This document shows, in pieces, positions 1 to 10,108 of a stretch of 64,000 bases of DNA. A model generated the notes under the pieces. It ran no database searches. It was not told the origin of the DNA and worked only from the letters and a program-made list of their open reading frames with translations. The DNA comes from Candidatus Enterousia sp. GTDB lineage: Bacteria > Pseudomonadota > Alphaproteobacteria > Rs-D84. The first letter of the stretch is position 1; every line of letters starts with the position of its first letter. The stretch is from the NCBI GenBank assembly GCA_045617905.1, contig JAZLJO010000014.1, positions 72,743 through 136,742 on the forward strand. The letters are read 5' to 3'. The position numbers were made by a program, and so were the translations under genes.

Positions 1-336
1 TAATTTACCTTCATCCGTTAATGTGTATGTTTGAACCGTTTCTAAAAATTTGAAATAATCTTGTTCTATTTCCATTTCATTCAAAGGCCCCATCATCATT
101 GTTGATGCAATTGGTCCAAAATTGATTTTATCACCGTTTAATTCATACGTTCCGTTATATAAATTAACGACACGACCATTTACACGCATTTCATCATTGG
201 CAAACGTTAAAACAATATTTGCCCCACGTTCATCGGAAACAAAATTTGTGCCACGCAATGGATTTGCATTATCATTTTGTCCACATGCCGCAACCGTTAA
301 CAATGAAACAGATATTAAGACATTTTTTATATTCAT
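1..336 (-). CDS. META-domain (HslJ-like) lipoprotein, 3'-truncated by window edge
   Basis: Minus-strand ORF missing from the track because it has no in-window stop. ATG at 336 follows AAAGGGG. Signal peptide plus lipobox LTVAAC. META-domain-like pattern NGRVVNLYNGTYEL..GPIASTMMMGP. Confidence 0.5.
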   Translation of the reverse strand, partial: MNIKNVLISVSLLTVAACGQNDNANPLRGTNFVSDERGANIVLTFANDEMRVNGRVVNLYNGTYELNGDKINFGPIASTMMMGPLNEMEIEQDYFKFLETVQTYTLTDEGKL

Positions 337-429
337 TATTTACCCCTTTTCCATAATAAATTGGTTTTATGACACAAATCATACACCAGACAAAAAAATA
401 TGTAAATATGAAATAAATCATAAAAAAAT

Positions 430-457
430 ACGCATCAAACAATGATGCGTATTTTAT
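430..457. terminator. intrinsic terminator hairpin, bidirectional (acgcatca-aacaa-tgatgcgt, flanked by A6/T-run)
   Basis: Perfect 8-bp stem with T tract on both strands, immediately downstream of the minus-strand tRNA-Asp. Confidence 0.5.
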
Positions 458-462
458 AACTG

Positions 463-539
463 TGGCGGGATGTAAGGGGCTCGAACCCTCGACCTTCTGC
501 GTGACAGGCAGACGCTCTAACCAGCTGAGCTAACACCCC
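463..539 (-). tRNA. tRNA-Asp (anticodon GTC)
   Basis: Reverse complement reads GGGGTGTTAGCTCAGCTGGTTAGAGCGTCTGCCTGTCACGCAGAAGGTCGAGGGTTCGAGCCCCTTACATCCCGCCA. Canonical cloverleaf, anticodon loop CUGUCAC, T-loop GGTTCGAGCC, encoded CCA. Confidence 0.85.
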
Positions 540-866
540 AAGCGCTTTATATAATATACTGTTTGAAATATAAATGCAAGTATTTTTTAAAATTTTATCA
601 ATTAATTATACATAATTGTATATCTGAATAAAAAAACATAACCAATAAAATCTAACCAACGTTTTTTATTCATGCAGGAATCATATCACAAAATGCCAGA
701 AATCTCAATCTTTTTGTCTTTAATTATAATAAAAATCTAACGTTCGATTAATCTTTCTTCTAAAACACAAAAATATCCCGATCCACAGGTTGATTGTGAT
801 ATTGCAAATATCGACATTATTGAACGTAATTTACACCCCGATATATTAAAAATATTATTATCGGAC

Positions 867-1721
867 ATGACAACCGGGCATAACATTGTATGGGCATGTG
901 ATGATTATATTATATATGGGAATAAATATAAACCCGGCTGTCAAATCACAAAAGATTTAATCACACACAAAACAAATAAAAACATTATCCAACCACGTAT
1001 TTTAAAAGAAAAGTGTTATCAACGCGAACGCACCAAAACCCATGCCGAGGTTTTTACCCCATCCTGGATATGCAATGAAATGAACAATTATTGTGATGAA
1101 GAATGGTTTGGCAGAAAAGACGTTTTTAACACAGTAAATAATGATAACACATGGACGGCGACAACAACACCAATATATGTCCCGGGTGACAAACAATGGC
1201 ATCAATACGTTTTATCAAAACGAATTGAAATTACCTGTGGCGAGGCCCCGTATTTAGTATCACCATACGACACAACCACAGGAAAAATTATTCCAATTGA
1301 ACAACGTATCGGACAATTGGACCGAAAATTACGTGTAATAAACGAAAATATGAATTCGGAACGTTATTGGTTTGATTGGGCGGCAAAGGCATACCAAAGC
1401 ACATACGGATATGAATTTCAGGGTGATAATTTATTATTGGCACGTGAAAATCTGCTTTATACGTTTATTGATAATTACAAATTTAAATTTGGCAAAGAAC
1501 CAAATATTCAAAAACAAAAGAAAATAGCCCAAATAATCGCATGGAATATGTGGCAAATGAACGGTTTAACAGATTGCACACCGTTCAGTTCTGAATCCGG
1601 CGACTTTTATCAAATGGGCATGTTTGGCAGTGCCCCATTACCATGCCGGATTATTGATTGGGAAAAAAATTTACAAATATTTTTCAAAGATTTAAAAAAG
1701 GAAAACAGCAATGAAATTTGA
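867..1721 (+). CDS. N6-adenine DNA methyltransferase (Eco57I/TaqI-like gamma class), N-terminal fragment; reading frame breaks in an A6 run
   Basis: Motif I-like AEVFTPSWICNEM and an SAM-loop-like IEITCGEAPYL. The frame ends 10 nt after the start of the next ORF, which continues in the +1 frame. Confidence 0.55.
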   Translation: MTTGHNIVWACDDYIIYGNKYKPGCQITKDLITHKTNKNIIQPRILKEKCYQRERTKTHAEVFTPSWICNEMNNYCDEEWFGRKDVFNTVNNDNTWTATTTPIYVPGDKQWHQYVLSKRIEITCGEAPYLVSPYDTTTGKIIPIEQRIGQLDRKLRVINENMNSERYWFDWAAKAYQSTYGYEFQGDNLLLARENLLYTFIDNYKFKFGKEPNIQKQKKIAQIIAWNMWQMNGLTDCTPFSSESGDFYQMGMFGSAPLPCRIIDWEKNLQIFFKDLKKENSNEI

Positions 1722-2724
1722 TTTTTGCATTGGTAATCCACCATATCAGGAAATGAAACAAGATACTTCTGATAAACCTGTTTATGATAAATTTATGATT
1801 GCTTCATATGATATCAGTACTGTTGTAGAATTAATTACACCTGCTAGATTTTTATTTAACGCAGGAAAAACTCAAAAGCACTGGAATGAAAAAATGCTTA
1901 ATGATGAGCATTTTAAAGTTTTGCATTATTTTCCAGATGCAGGCAAGGTATTTCCTAATACAGATATTAAAGGGGGAGTAGCTGTTCATTTATACAACAA
2001 AACTCAAAAATTTGCAGCAACACAAATTTTTACATCATTCATGGAATTAAATAGCATTTTAAACAAGGTCCGTGCAAATGAAAATTTTTTTATAGATTCT
2101 TATGTTTATTCAGAAAGTAGTTATAGGTATACTCAAGAACTTATGAATGAAAAACATGAATTAGTCCAGAGATTAAAAAAATCCAGTCAAAATTTTGTTG
2201 CTTCTAATGCATTTGAAATTCTTCCGGAAATATTTTCTGAAAAAAGGAATGATGATGACATAGAAATAATAGGACGTTTTTGTAATTCTAGAACATCACG
2301 ATTTATAAAAAAGAAATATATCAATGGCCCAGATAATTTTGATAAGTATAAAATATTTTTACCTAAAGCAAATGGTTCAGGAGCATTAGGAGAAATACTT
2401 TCTACTCCACTGATTGGCCATCCACTGATTGGCCATACCCAAACATTTATATCCATAGGATTGTTTGAAAAAGAATCTGAGGCAGAAGCCTGTTTAAAAT
2501 ATATAAAAAGTAAATTTGCAAGAGTTTTGCTAGGTGTCCTTAAAATAACACAAGATAATAAGAAAAATGTTTGGAAGTATGTCCCATTACAAGATTTTAC
2601 AGAAAATTCGGATATAGATTGGTCAAAGTCTATTCATGAAATAGATTTACAATTATATAAAAAATACGGTTTGGATGATGCCGAGATTGATTTTATCGAA
2701 ACACATGTAAGGGAGATGCAGTAA
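1711..2724 (+). CDS. N6-adenine DNA methyltransferase C-terminal fragment (catalytic motif IV NPPY plus target-recognition region)
   Basis: FDFCIGNPPYQ motif IV at the N-terminus. Its frame is open upstream only back to 1696, inside the A6 run (1694-1699). Deleting one A fuses it in frame with 867-1721. Confidence 0.6.
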   Translation: MKFDFCIGNPPYQEMKQDTSDKPVYDKFMIASYDISTVVELITPARFLFNAGKTQKHWNEKMLNDEHFKVLHYFPDAGKVFPNTDIKGGVAVHLYNKTQKFAATQIFTSFMELNSILNKVRANENFFIDSYVYSESSYRYTQELMNEKHELVQRLKKSSQNFVASNAFEILPEIFSEKRNDDDIEIIGRFCNSRTSRFIKKKYINGPDNFDKYKIFLPKANGSGALGEILSTPLIGHPLIGHTQTFISIGLFEKESEAEACLKYIKSKFARVLLGVLKITQDNKKNVWKYVPLQDFTENSDIDWSKSIHEIDLQLYKKYGLDDAEIDFIETHVREMQ

Positions 2725-5700
2725 TGAAAAAACTGAATATCAAAACTCGTTCTGCTGTTGTTCCAATGTGTTATGCATATACCACACCGGAAATACAGCG
2801 ACATAATGGTTGGACAAAAATAGGTTATACTGAAAATGATGTAAAACAACGTATTGCACAGCAAACACAAACCGCGGATGTTCGGACTGTTTTACATTGG
2901 TACGAAAAAGCAATCTATGCAGATGGCAGTGGTGATACTTTTTCTGACAAAGATTTTCATACATATTTAATCAAAAATGATGTTGCGCGTTTAGATAATA
3001 CTGAATGGTTCAAAATATTACCGGATAAATCCCATGATATGTTTTTCGATTTTACTAAAAATCGTGGGGTATTAACCAGTTTTGGCGCAATTGATTATAC
3101 ATTACGCGCAGAACAAGCAAAGGCCGTTCATGATGCCAAAAGATATTTTGATGCTAAAACATCTTTAGATGAACCAGAATTTTTATGGAATGCCAAACCA
3201 AGATTTGGAAAGACATTATCAGCCTATGATTTATGTAAACAATTGGGGGCACAAAAGGTTTTAATTTTAACCAATTATCCTGCGGTCGCAAATTCTTGGT
3301 ATAATGATTATGTTAAATTTTTGGGAACAGAATCCGGATATTATTTCGTTAGCCAGGTCGATGCATTAAAAGGAAAAAAATACGTTTTAAGCCGTGAACA
3401 ATATACAAAACATTTATCAGACCCCAACCATAAGGGATGTATTGAATTTATATCGCTGCAGGATTTAAAAGGATCCAGATATTTTGGTGGACAATACGAT
3501 AAATTACAGGAAGTGGCCACGATAAAATGGGATTTGTTAATTATTGATGAAGCACATTATGCCGTAGATACATTTAAATCCGGTATTGCTTTTGATCATA
3601 TACAACGAAAATACACATTACATTTATCTGGCACCCCGTTCAAAGCCATTGCAAATATGAAATTTGATAACGATGCCATATTCAATTGGACATATGTTGA
3701 TGAACAAACCGCAAAACGTAACTGGCCAAAATATAGCGAAGAAGAAAATCCATATGCTGTGATGCCACAACTAAATATGTACACATATCAAATGTCCGAT
3801 ATTGTGCGCGATAAATTACAACACGGTGCAGATTTTGATAATGATGGTGAAGACGAGGCGTATGCATTTGATTTGAACGAATTTTTTATAACAAATGCAG
3901 ATGGAAATTTTAAACACGACGAATCTGTTGATAAATTTTTGAATGCACTGGTTACACAAACCCGTTTCCCATTCTCTACACCTGAATTACGTAATGAATT
4001 AAATCATACATTCTGGTTATTACAATATGTTGACAGTTGTAAAGCATTAGCTAAAAAGTTAAAAGAACATCCCGTATTTAAAGAATACGAGATTGTACTG
4101 GCTGCTGGTGATGGCAGACTAGATGAAGAAGAAGCAAGTATAAAAGCATACGATAAGGTTGTTAAGGCAATAAAAGAACACGATAAAACCATTACATTAT
4201 CCGTTCGTCAACTGGCAACCGGTATCACAATTCCGGAATGGACAGCAGTATTGATGTTAGGTAACATGAAAACGCCTGAATTATATATGCAGGCTGCATT
4301 TCGTGCACAAAATCCATGCTTGTTTAAAACAAAAGATGGCAAATTGCAACGGAAAGAAAATGCATATGTATTTGATTTTGATCCATCCAGAACATTAACT
4401 GTGTTTGATGACTTTGCAAACAATAACCATTCTGGGACTGCTGGGGGACGTGGCGATACAGATACACGAAAAAAACAAATAAAAGAACTTTTAAACTTCT
4501 TTCCTGTATATGGCGAAGATGATAGTGGTGAAATGATATCGTTGGATCCAGAAAAGGTTTTGACGATACCACGCAAAATTCACGCCAAAGAAGTGGTTCA
4601 TCGTGGTTTTATGAGTAACTTCTTATTCCAAAACATACATAATTTATTCAATGCCCCACAAAGCGTAATCGATGCCGTTAATAATATTGCAGCGGTTAAA
4701 GAACCAACAACAATTACCCCTAAAACAGGCGAATCATTGAATATTAATCCAGAAACCGGCGACATTGAAATACCACAAGAAACTGTTGTTGGGTTGGCCA
4801 CAGATGTATTTGGCGAAAAAATTTATGGCAAACAAGAAATTGAATCAAACAAACAACCTGCCATAAATATTCCAGACAACATAAACAAAAATTCTGTTTT
4901 AGATGAAATGAAACAGGATTGTAAAAATAATGTAATAACACCTTTAATAGATAAAGCAAAAGAAAAATACGGCAAAGATGTAACGAAAACTACAATACAA
5001 TCTATCGAAAAAAAAGCTGTTGCTGCGGCTGATTTCGAAATTAATAAAATTTATGCTGATCACCAAATTGAAAAATCCACATTAGAATCACAAAGACAAG
5101 ACGCAATTGCTGTTGCATTAACCAAAGACGACAAAAAAACCGTAGAATTACTGTATGACGCAAAACAGGCAGAATTAGATCAACAATTCAAACAAACAGT
5201 TGCAGAAAAAGAGAAAGAAATAATAAAGCAAACCTGTGAAACGATTGTTACGCAGATTGAAATTAATAAAAATAATAAAGAAAAAAATAAAAAAGAAGAC
5301 GAAATACGCGACCATTTACGTGGTTTTGCACGCAGTATACCGGCGTTTTTGATGGCATATGGGGATGAAAATACCACATTGGAAAATTTTGACACTATTA
5401 TTCCCGCCAATGTTTTTCAAGAGGTCACTGGTATAACGCTGGATCAATTTATAATGTTACGCGATGGTGCAGATTATTTTGATGAACAGACCGGTACTAC
5501 CCAGCATTTTGAAGGACATTTATTTGACCCTATTGTTTTTAATGATTCTGTTATCGAATTTTTAAATAAAAAACAAAACTTGGCAAACTATTTTGATGAA
5601 AATAATACAGAAGATATTTTTGATTACATTCCACCACAAAAAACCAACCAAATATTTACACCCAAAAAGGTTGTGAAAGAAATGGTTAATTATTTGGAAC

Positions 5701-6038
5701 AAGAAAATCCCGGATGTTTTGATGACCCAAATAAGACTTTTATCGACCTGTATATGAAATCAGGTTTGTATATAACAGAAATTGTTAAACGCCTATATAA
5801 TAGTATCGGGTTAAAATCTGCATATCCCAACGGGGCGGAAAGATTAAGACATATATTTGAAAAACAAATATACGGACTTGCCCCAACAGAAATTATATAT
5901 CGTATTGCAACAAATTATATTTTGGGTTTTGATAAAACATCACAAATAACAAAACATAATTTAAAAATGTTTGACACATTACCTTCGGCCCAAAAAGGAA
6001 CACTTGAACAGGATTTAGATAATGTTTTTAAAAATTAA
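2724..6038 (+). CDS. defence-type fusion protein: N-terminal T5orf172/GIY-YIG-like domain + SF2 (DEAH) helicase + coiled-coil linker + C-terminal methyltransferase motif-I fragment (no NPPY)
   Basis: GWTKIGYTEN...RLDNTEWF (T5orf172 signature ending EWF). Walker A RFGKTLSAY, motif II LLIIDEAHY, motif III LHLSGTP, motif VI QAAFRAQNP. C-terminal QIFTPKKVVKEMV...FIDLYMKSGLY resembles Eco57I-family motifs X/I. Start overlaps the previous stop (ATGA). Confidence 0.6.
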   Translation: MKKLNIKTRSAVVPMCYAYTTPEIQRHNGWTKIGYTENDVKQRIAQQTQTADVRTVLHWYEKAIYADGSGDTFSDKDFHTYLIKNDVARLDNTEWFKILPDKSHDMFFDFTKNRGVLTSFGAIDYTLRAEQAKAVHDAKRYFDAKTSLDEPEFLWNAKPRFGKTLSAYDLCKQLGAQKVLILTNYPAVANSWYNDYVKFLGTESGYYFVSQVDALKGKKYVLSREQYTKHLSDPNHKGCIEFISLQDLKGSRYFGGQYDKLQEVATIKWDLLIIDEAHYAVDTFKSGIAFDHIQRKYTLHLSGTPFKAIANMKFDNDAIFNWTYVDEQTAKRNWPKYSEEENPYAVMPQLNMYTYQMSDIVRDKLQHGADFDNDGEDEAYAFDLNEFFITNADGNFKHDESVDKFLNALVTQTRFPFSTPELRNELNHTFWLLQYVDSCKALAKKLKEHPVFKEYEIVLAAGDGRLDEEEASIKAYDKVVKAIKEHDKTITLSVRQLATGITIPEWTAVLMLGNMKTPELYMQAAFRAQNPCLFKTKDGKLQRKENAYVFDFDPSRTLTVFDDFANNNHSGTAGGRGDTDTRKKQIKELLNFFPVYGEDDSGEMISLDPEKVLTIPRKIHAKEVVHRGFMSNFLFQNIHNLFNAPQSVIDAVNNIAAVKEPTTITPKTGESLNINPETGDIEIPQETVVGLATDVFGEKIYGKQEIESNKQPAINIPDNINKNSVLDEMKQDCKNNVITPLIDKAKEKYGKDVTKTTIQSIEKKAVAAADFEINKIYADHQIEKSTLESQRQDAIAVALTKDDKKTVELLYDAKQAELDQQFKQTVAEKEKEIIKQTCETIVTQIEINKNNKEKNKKEDEIRDHLRGFARSIPAFLMAYGDENTTLENFDTIIPANVFQEVTGITLDQFIMLRDGADYFDEQTGTTQHFEGHLFDPIVFNDSVIEFLNKKQNLANYFDENNTEDIFDYIPPQKTNQIFTPKKVVKEMVNYLEQENPGCFDDPNKTFIDLYMKSGLYITEIVKRLYNSIGLKSAYPNGAERLRHIFEKQIYGLAPTEIIYRIATNYILGFDKTSQITKHNLKMFDTLPSAQKGTLEQDLDNVFKN

Positions 6039-6070
6039 TATATGATTTATATAACATAGCATAACTATAA

Positions 6071-6099
6071 AAAACGCCCCAAAAGGGGGCGTTTTTTAT
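6071..6099. terminator. bidirectional intrinsic terminator (aaaaACGCCCCaaaaGGGGGCGTttttt)
   Basis: GC-rich hairpin with A-run and T-run flanks between the convergent 2724-6038 (+) and parC (-). Confidence 0.6.
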
Positions 6100-8328
6100 T
6101 TTCCAAATTTACCACTGCGTGGGAAACCCAATGGAATTGTTCGTCCCTGTGATGCACGTTTTGCCACCCACGGTTTCCAATCATCTAACTTTGTTGTTCC
6201 CCGTCCTGTTGTCCATCCAAAACCATTTGCCGCATCAAAGAACATAACGTCCAAAACATATGTGCGTTCTGCGTTATATTTTTGCAATATTACCCCTTTA
6301 CCACGGGCCATTTCTGGAATTTCAGATGCAGCAAATATTAACAATTTGTCGTTTGAACCGGATACAGCAACCGTATCACCAGATGCCGGCAAACACATTA
6401 TTGCAGGATTCTGTGCATCAACATTCATAACCTGTTTACCATTTTTGGTTTGTGCAATACAGTTTTCACCGGATACAACAAATCCATTTCCATGTCGTGC
6501 AACAACCAAATATTTAGCATTCGTATCCAAAACAAATATACGAACAATTTCTTCATCCGCACCAATATCCGCCATCATACGAACAGATTCACCAAAACCA
6601 CGCGCCGATGGCAAATCGTTTGCCGATAATGTAAACATTTTCCCAGATGATGTAAACATATTAATTTTATCCGTGGACATCGCATGGAATGCCGTCTGCA
6701 ATGCATCACCTTCTTTGAATTTAACATCTAAATTATTCAAATCCATATGCCCCTTGGCGGCACGAATCCACCCCATTGTCGACAATATTACCGTCAATGG
6801 TTCTTTTTCAATAAATTCATCTGTATTAACAACGATTTCTTCAGATTGTTCCGCCCACTCTGAACGACGACGACCCAACGCTGTTTTTTTATCATAACGC
6901 TTTTTAATATCTGCAAACCATAACTTTAATTGATCATTTTGTGCAGATTCATTCGCCAATAAATCTTGTAATTTTTGCTGTTCTGCACGTAAATCCGCAT
7001 CTTCACGACGAATTTCCATTTCTTCCAATTTACGCAAACTGCGCAGACGGGTATTTAATATGGCTTCGACCTGAATGTCCGTCAAATTAAATTCTGCAAT
7101 CAATACAGTCTTTGGATCATCTTCGTTACGGATAATTTCAATAACACGATCCAAATTTAAATACACAATCAATAAACCACCCAAAACCTCCAAACGGCGT
7201 TCAATGTTTGTTAAACGCCACTTTGTACGACGTTGTAAAACATCTTTTTGATGTGCAATAAATTCACGTAAAACATCACCAATTCCCATAACACGTGGTG
7301 CCCCTTTGGAATCAATGACATTCAAATTCATATTAAACCGATATTCTAAATCTGTTGTGGCAAACAGATGGGCCATCATCTTATCAGCCGGCACATTACG
7401 ATTTTTTGGTGTAATAACAATCCGAACATCGGTTGTTGATTCATCTGCGATATCATCAACCAATGGTAATTTTTTAGAATCGATTAACCCTGCAATCTGT
7501 TCAACCAATTTTGATTTTATTATCCCGTATGGAATTTCTGTAATCACAGCCTGCCATCCACCACGTTCCAAATTTTCAACAGACCATTTTGCACGAATAC
7601 GAAATGCCCCACGTCCTGTTTCATAATTCTTAATAATGGTATCCATGCTATCAATCAAAATACCACCGGTTGGAAAATCTGGCCCCGGCATTCTTTTTAT
7701 AATCTGGGCCGTCGTCGCATCGGGGTTATCTATAACCAATGCCAATGCATCACAAACCTCGGCCACGTTGTGTGTTGGGATATTTGTTGCCATACCAACC
7801 GCAATTCCCATACCACCATTGGCCAACAAATTTGGAAAAGCACCCGGCATAACAGTCGGTTCCAGCGTTGTACCATCAAAATTTGGCATCATTTCAACAC
7901 TGTTTTCATCGATTCCTTCCATAATCAACATGGCGGCATCAGTCATTTTTGATTCAGTATAACGGTATGCCGCCTGCGGGTCACCATCAATATTACCAAA
8001 GTTTCCCTGACCATCAATTAAAGGATATCTGACCGAAAAGTCTTGGGCCAAACGCACCATCGCATCATAAACAGAACTGTCACCATGTGGATGATAATGT
8101 CCCAACACATCACCAACAACCGTGGCACACTTACGGAACGCAGCCGCAGGCGACAATTTTTGGCGTAACATGGAATACAAAATACGACGGTGCACAGGTT
8201 TCAATCCATCACGTACATCAGGCAATGCACGTGATACAATGGTACTGACCGCATATGATAAATAGCGTTCGGACAACGCCTCGGCTAATTGTTGTGAATC
8301 AATATTCTCTATTATTTCCTTACTCATG
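6096..8328 (-). CDS. parC: DNA topoisomerase IV subunit A (ParC); GyrA not excluded
   Basis: [20 protein letters not shown] active-site region. ~743 aa and no obvious GyrA box favour ParC. Start taken at MSKEII; the track's longer N-terminal extension is judged spurious. Confidence 0.65.
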
Positions 8329-8402
8329 ACGACTGAAAATTTATAACATTTCAAAAAAAATAACAACAGAAAAATAGCCCACACATTTTGTAGGCCATAT
8401 TT

Positions 8403-8678
8403 TTATCCAATTTTATGTTTTATTTCACGTATGCGCGCTAAAATTTCACGTAAATCCGCATCTGTTACAGATGGCGTCGGTCGGTTTTGCAATTCATCCG
8501 CCAAAACAATACATAACGTCGCCAACAAAGAATTTTCAGGCAATGGCCCTATTTTATCCAAAATTTCACGTGCACGTGCATCAACCATACGTCCCAAATC
8601 AATCAATCGAGATTCTTGACCGTCTTCACATCCCATGGGATAATTTTTATTAACAATCGGTATTGAAACAACACTCAT
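8403..8678 (-). CDS. zapA: cell division protein ZapA
   Basis: 91 aa with the ZapA pattern IPIVNKNYPMGCEDGQESRLIDLGRMVDARA..LLATLCIVLADEL. Overlaps the upstream gene by ATGA. Confidence 0.6.
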   Translation of the reverse strand: MSVVSIPIVNKNYPMGCEDGQESRLIDLGRMVDARAREILDKIGPLPENSLLATLCIVLADELQNRPTPSVTDADLREILARIREIKHKIG

Positions 8679-8884
8679 GATAAATTCTCTAATATTGATA
8701 TTGATTGATCAATCAGTTCAGCTGCCCTTGCGTGTTCATCCCGCAATATTTTAACCTGTTTATTCAAAACAGCAACTTCTAAATCCGTTTGCCGTCCTGC
8801 ATCATTCGCCATTCCACGCAGGCGGGATGCAGCCTCTTCCAGACTGGTTAATTCTTGAAAAATTTGTTGTTTTAAATCTGCCAT
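8675..8884 (-). CDS. DUF4164-like coiled-coil protein (ZapB-like), upstream partner of zapA
   Basis: 69-aa coiled-coil. A DUF4164–zapA pair is typical of alphaproteobacteria. Confidence 0.45.
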   Translation of the reverse strand: MADLKQQIFQELTSLEEAASRLRGMANDAGRQTDLEVAVLNKQVKILRDEHARAAELIDQSISILENLS

Positions 8885-8967
8885 ACTGCCAGTTTAAAAT
8901 ATTTTTTATATGCGTTCAATACAAAATATGATATAATATACCAGATTAATTTATGGGGAAAAAATCA

Positions 8968-10092
8968 ATGAAAACAAAAATCATATATATTTCAGGCAGT
9001 GAATTTTTTGACATGTCCGATATCCGGACCGCATTTGAACAGGTTCGGACCGCTGCATCTTTGCCAACAGACACCGTATTATTTGGCATCCCCGTTGATT
9101 CTGATGACGCATTGGCAACAATTAATACCAATAATATAAAAATTTCAATATCAAACGAAACAAATAAAATGGACGAAAATCCCCAAACAAACGTCCCAGA
9201 AATTACCGAGAATACAATTACATCTGACATAACAGATAATGATAATAATAATAATAATACAATTTCACAAAACGACCAGGTATCTGTTACAGACACAGAC
9301 ACCCCAAAGGTCCCTAAGAAATCCCGTCGTCGTATAAAAACAGAATCGGAACCTGTTTTAAATCATAAAGATACCCCACACACAGTTGACGATACAGATA
9401 TCACATCCATTTCAACAACAGACGCCACACCCGTTCCAATTTTATCGGTATTGGCAAAACATAACAATAACACAGAATCTGTTTCACAATCTGACGCCAC
9501 AGATATTCCAGATTATAAACCAACATCAGGAATCGTTTCAGAAACATCTGAAACAATTGATGATTCAAACGATGTTGAACAAAATACAATCGAACAATCC
9601 CAAAAAAATCCAATATCAATTGATGAAGAAATTGTTGCTAACGATCCCGACACAATAAACCAAATTGAAAATATTGCCGATAAAATCGCGGAAAATCCAC
9701 CAATGGAAATAACAACATTGGAAGAATTACTGGATGGGATGGAACCATTAAGTGAATTTCATGAGACAAAACAATCTATAGTTTCATGGGACGAATCTTC
9801 AACTGAAAACACAACAACATATCAAACCACCGACGCAACAACCGAAGATGGAACCGATATGACATTAGAAAAATTGGCCAAAGATTTATTAAACAGTGAA
9901 AATCAGTATTCCGAAACACCACATGAATCCCACAGTAAAATCGGCAAATTAAAAAACATATTACCATTTAAAAAAGCCAAACGCGATGATTCTGGCATAA
10001 TGGGTATGGGCGATTTATTCGGATGGGCAGGCGTGGCAAATGATGACGATTTTACCATGCCAGGATTTTTCACCAGCACATCTAAAAAATAA
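8968..10092 (+). CDS. hypothetical acidic, Asn/Asp/Thr/Ser-rich, largely disordered protein with a structured N-terminal ~60 aa
   Basis: ORF with GGGGA 9 nt upstream of the ATG at 8968 (track starts it at 8953). Low-complexity poly-N and acidic tracts. No recognisable domain. Confidence 0.45.
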   Translation: MKTKIIYISGSEFFDMSDIRTAFEQVRTAASLPTDTVLFGIPVDSDDALATINTNNIKISISNETNKMDENPQTNVPEITENTITSDITDNDNNNNNTISQNDQVSVTDTDTPKVPKKSRRRIKTESEPVLNHKDTPHTVDDTDITSISTTDATPVPILSVLAKHNNNTESVSQSDATDIPDYKPTSGIVSETSETIDDSNDVEQNTIEQSQKNPISIDEEIVANDPDTINQIENIADKIAENPPMEITTLEELLDGMEPLSEFHETKQSIVSWDESSTENTTTYQTTDATTEDGTDMTLEKLAKDLLNSENQYSETPHESHSKIGKLKNILPFKKAKRDDSGIMGMGDLFGWAGVANDDDFTMPGFFTSTSKK

Positions 10093-10108
10093 ATTCAAAT
10101 AACCACGT

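Noticed and set aside
122-445. 107-aa plus-strand ORF
   Set aside because: It lies antisense to the better-supported minus-strand META-domain lipoprotein gene (RBS, signal peptide, lipobox) and overlaps the terminator hairpin. It has no RBS or domain signal.
6096-8328. Calling this gene gyrA
   Set aside because: The N-terminal active-site region is GyrA-like, but the protein is only ~743 aa and I could not find the QRRGG(K/R)G GyrA-box in the C-terminal region. ParC is favoured, with residual uncertainty.
8329-8384. N-terminal extensions in track ORFs: parC, plsX 42747-42773, rplK 53824-53883, nusG 54469-54501, yidC 61791-61841, lspA 62335-62406, LysR 31163-31180
   Set aside because: Several longest-ORF starts use GTG/TTG or lack an RBS. 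Conserved N-termini (MSKEII, MSDKKI, MAKKELK, MENNMQW, MVQFLNN, MKNGW, MSVQKN) preceded by Shine-Dalgarno sequences were preferred.
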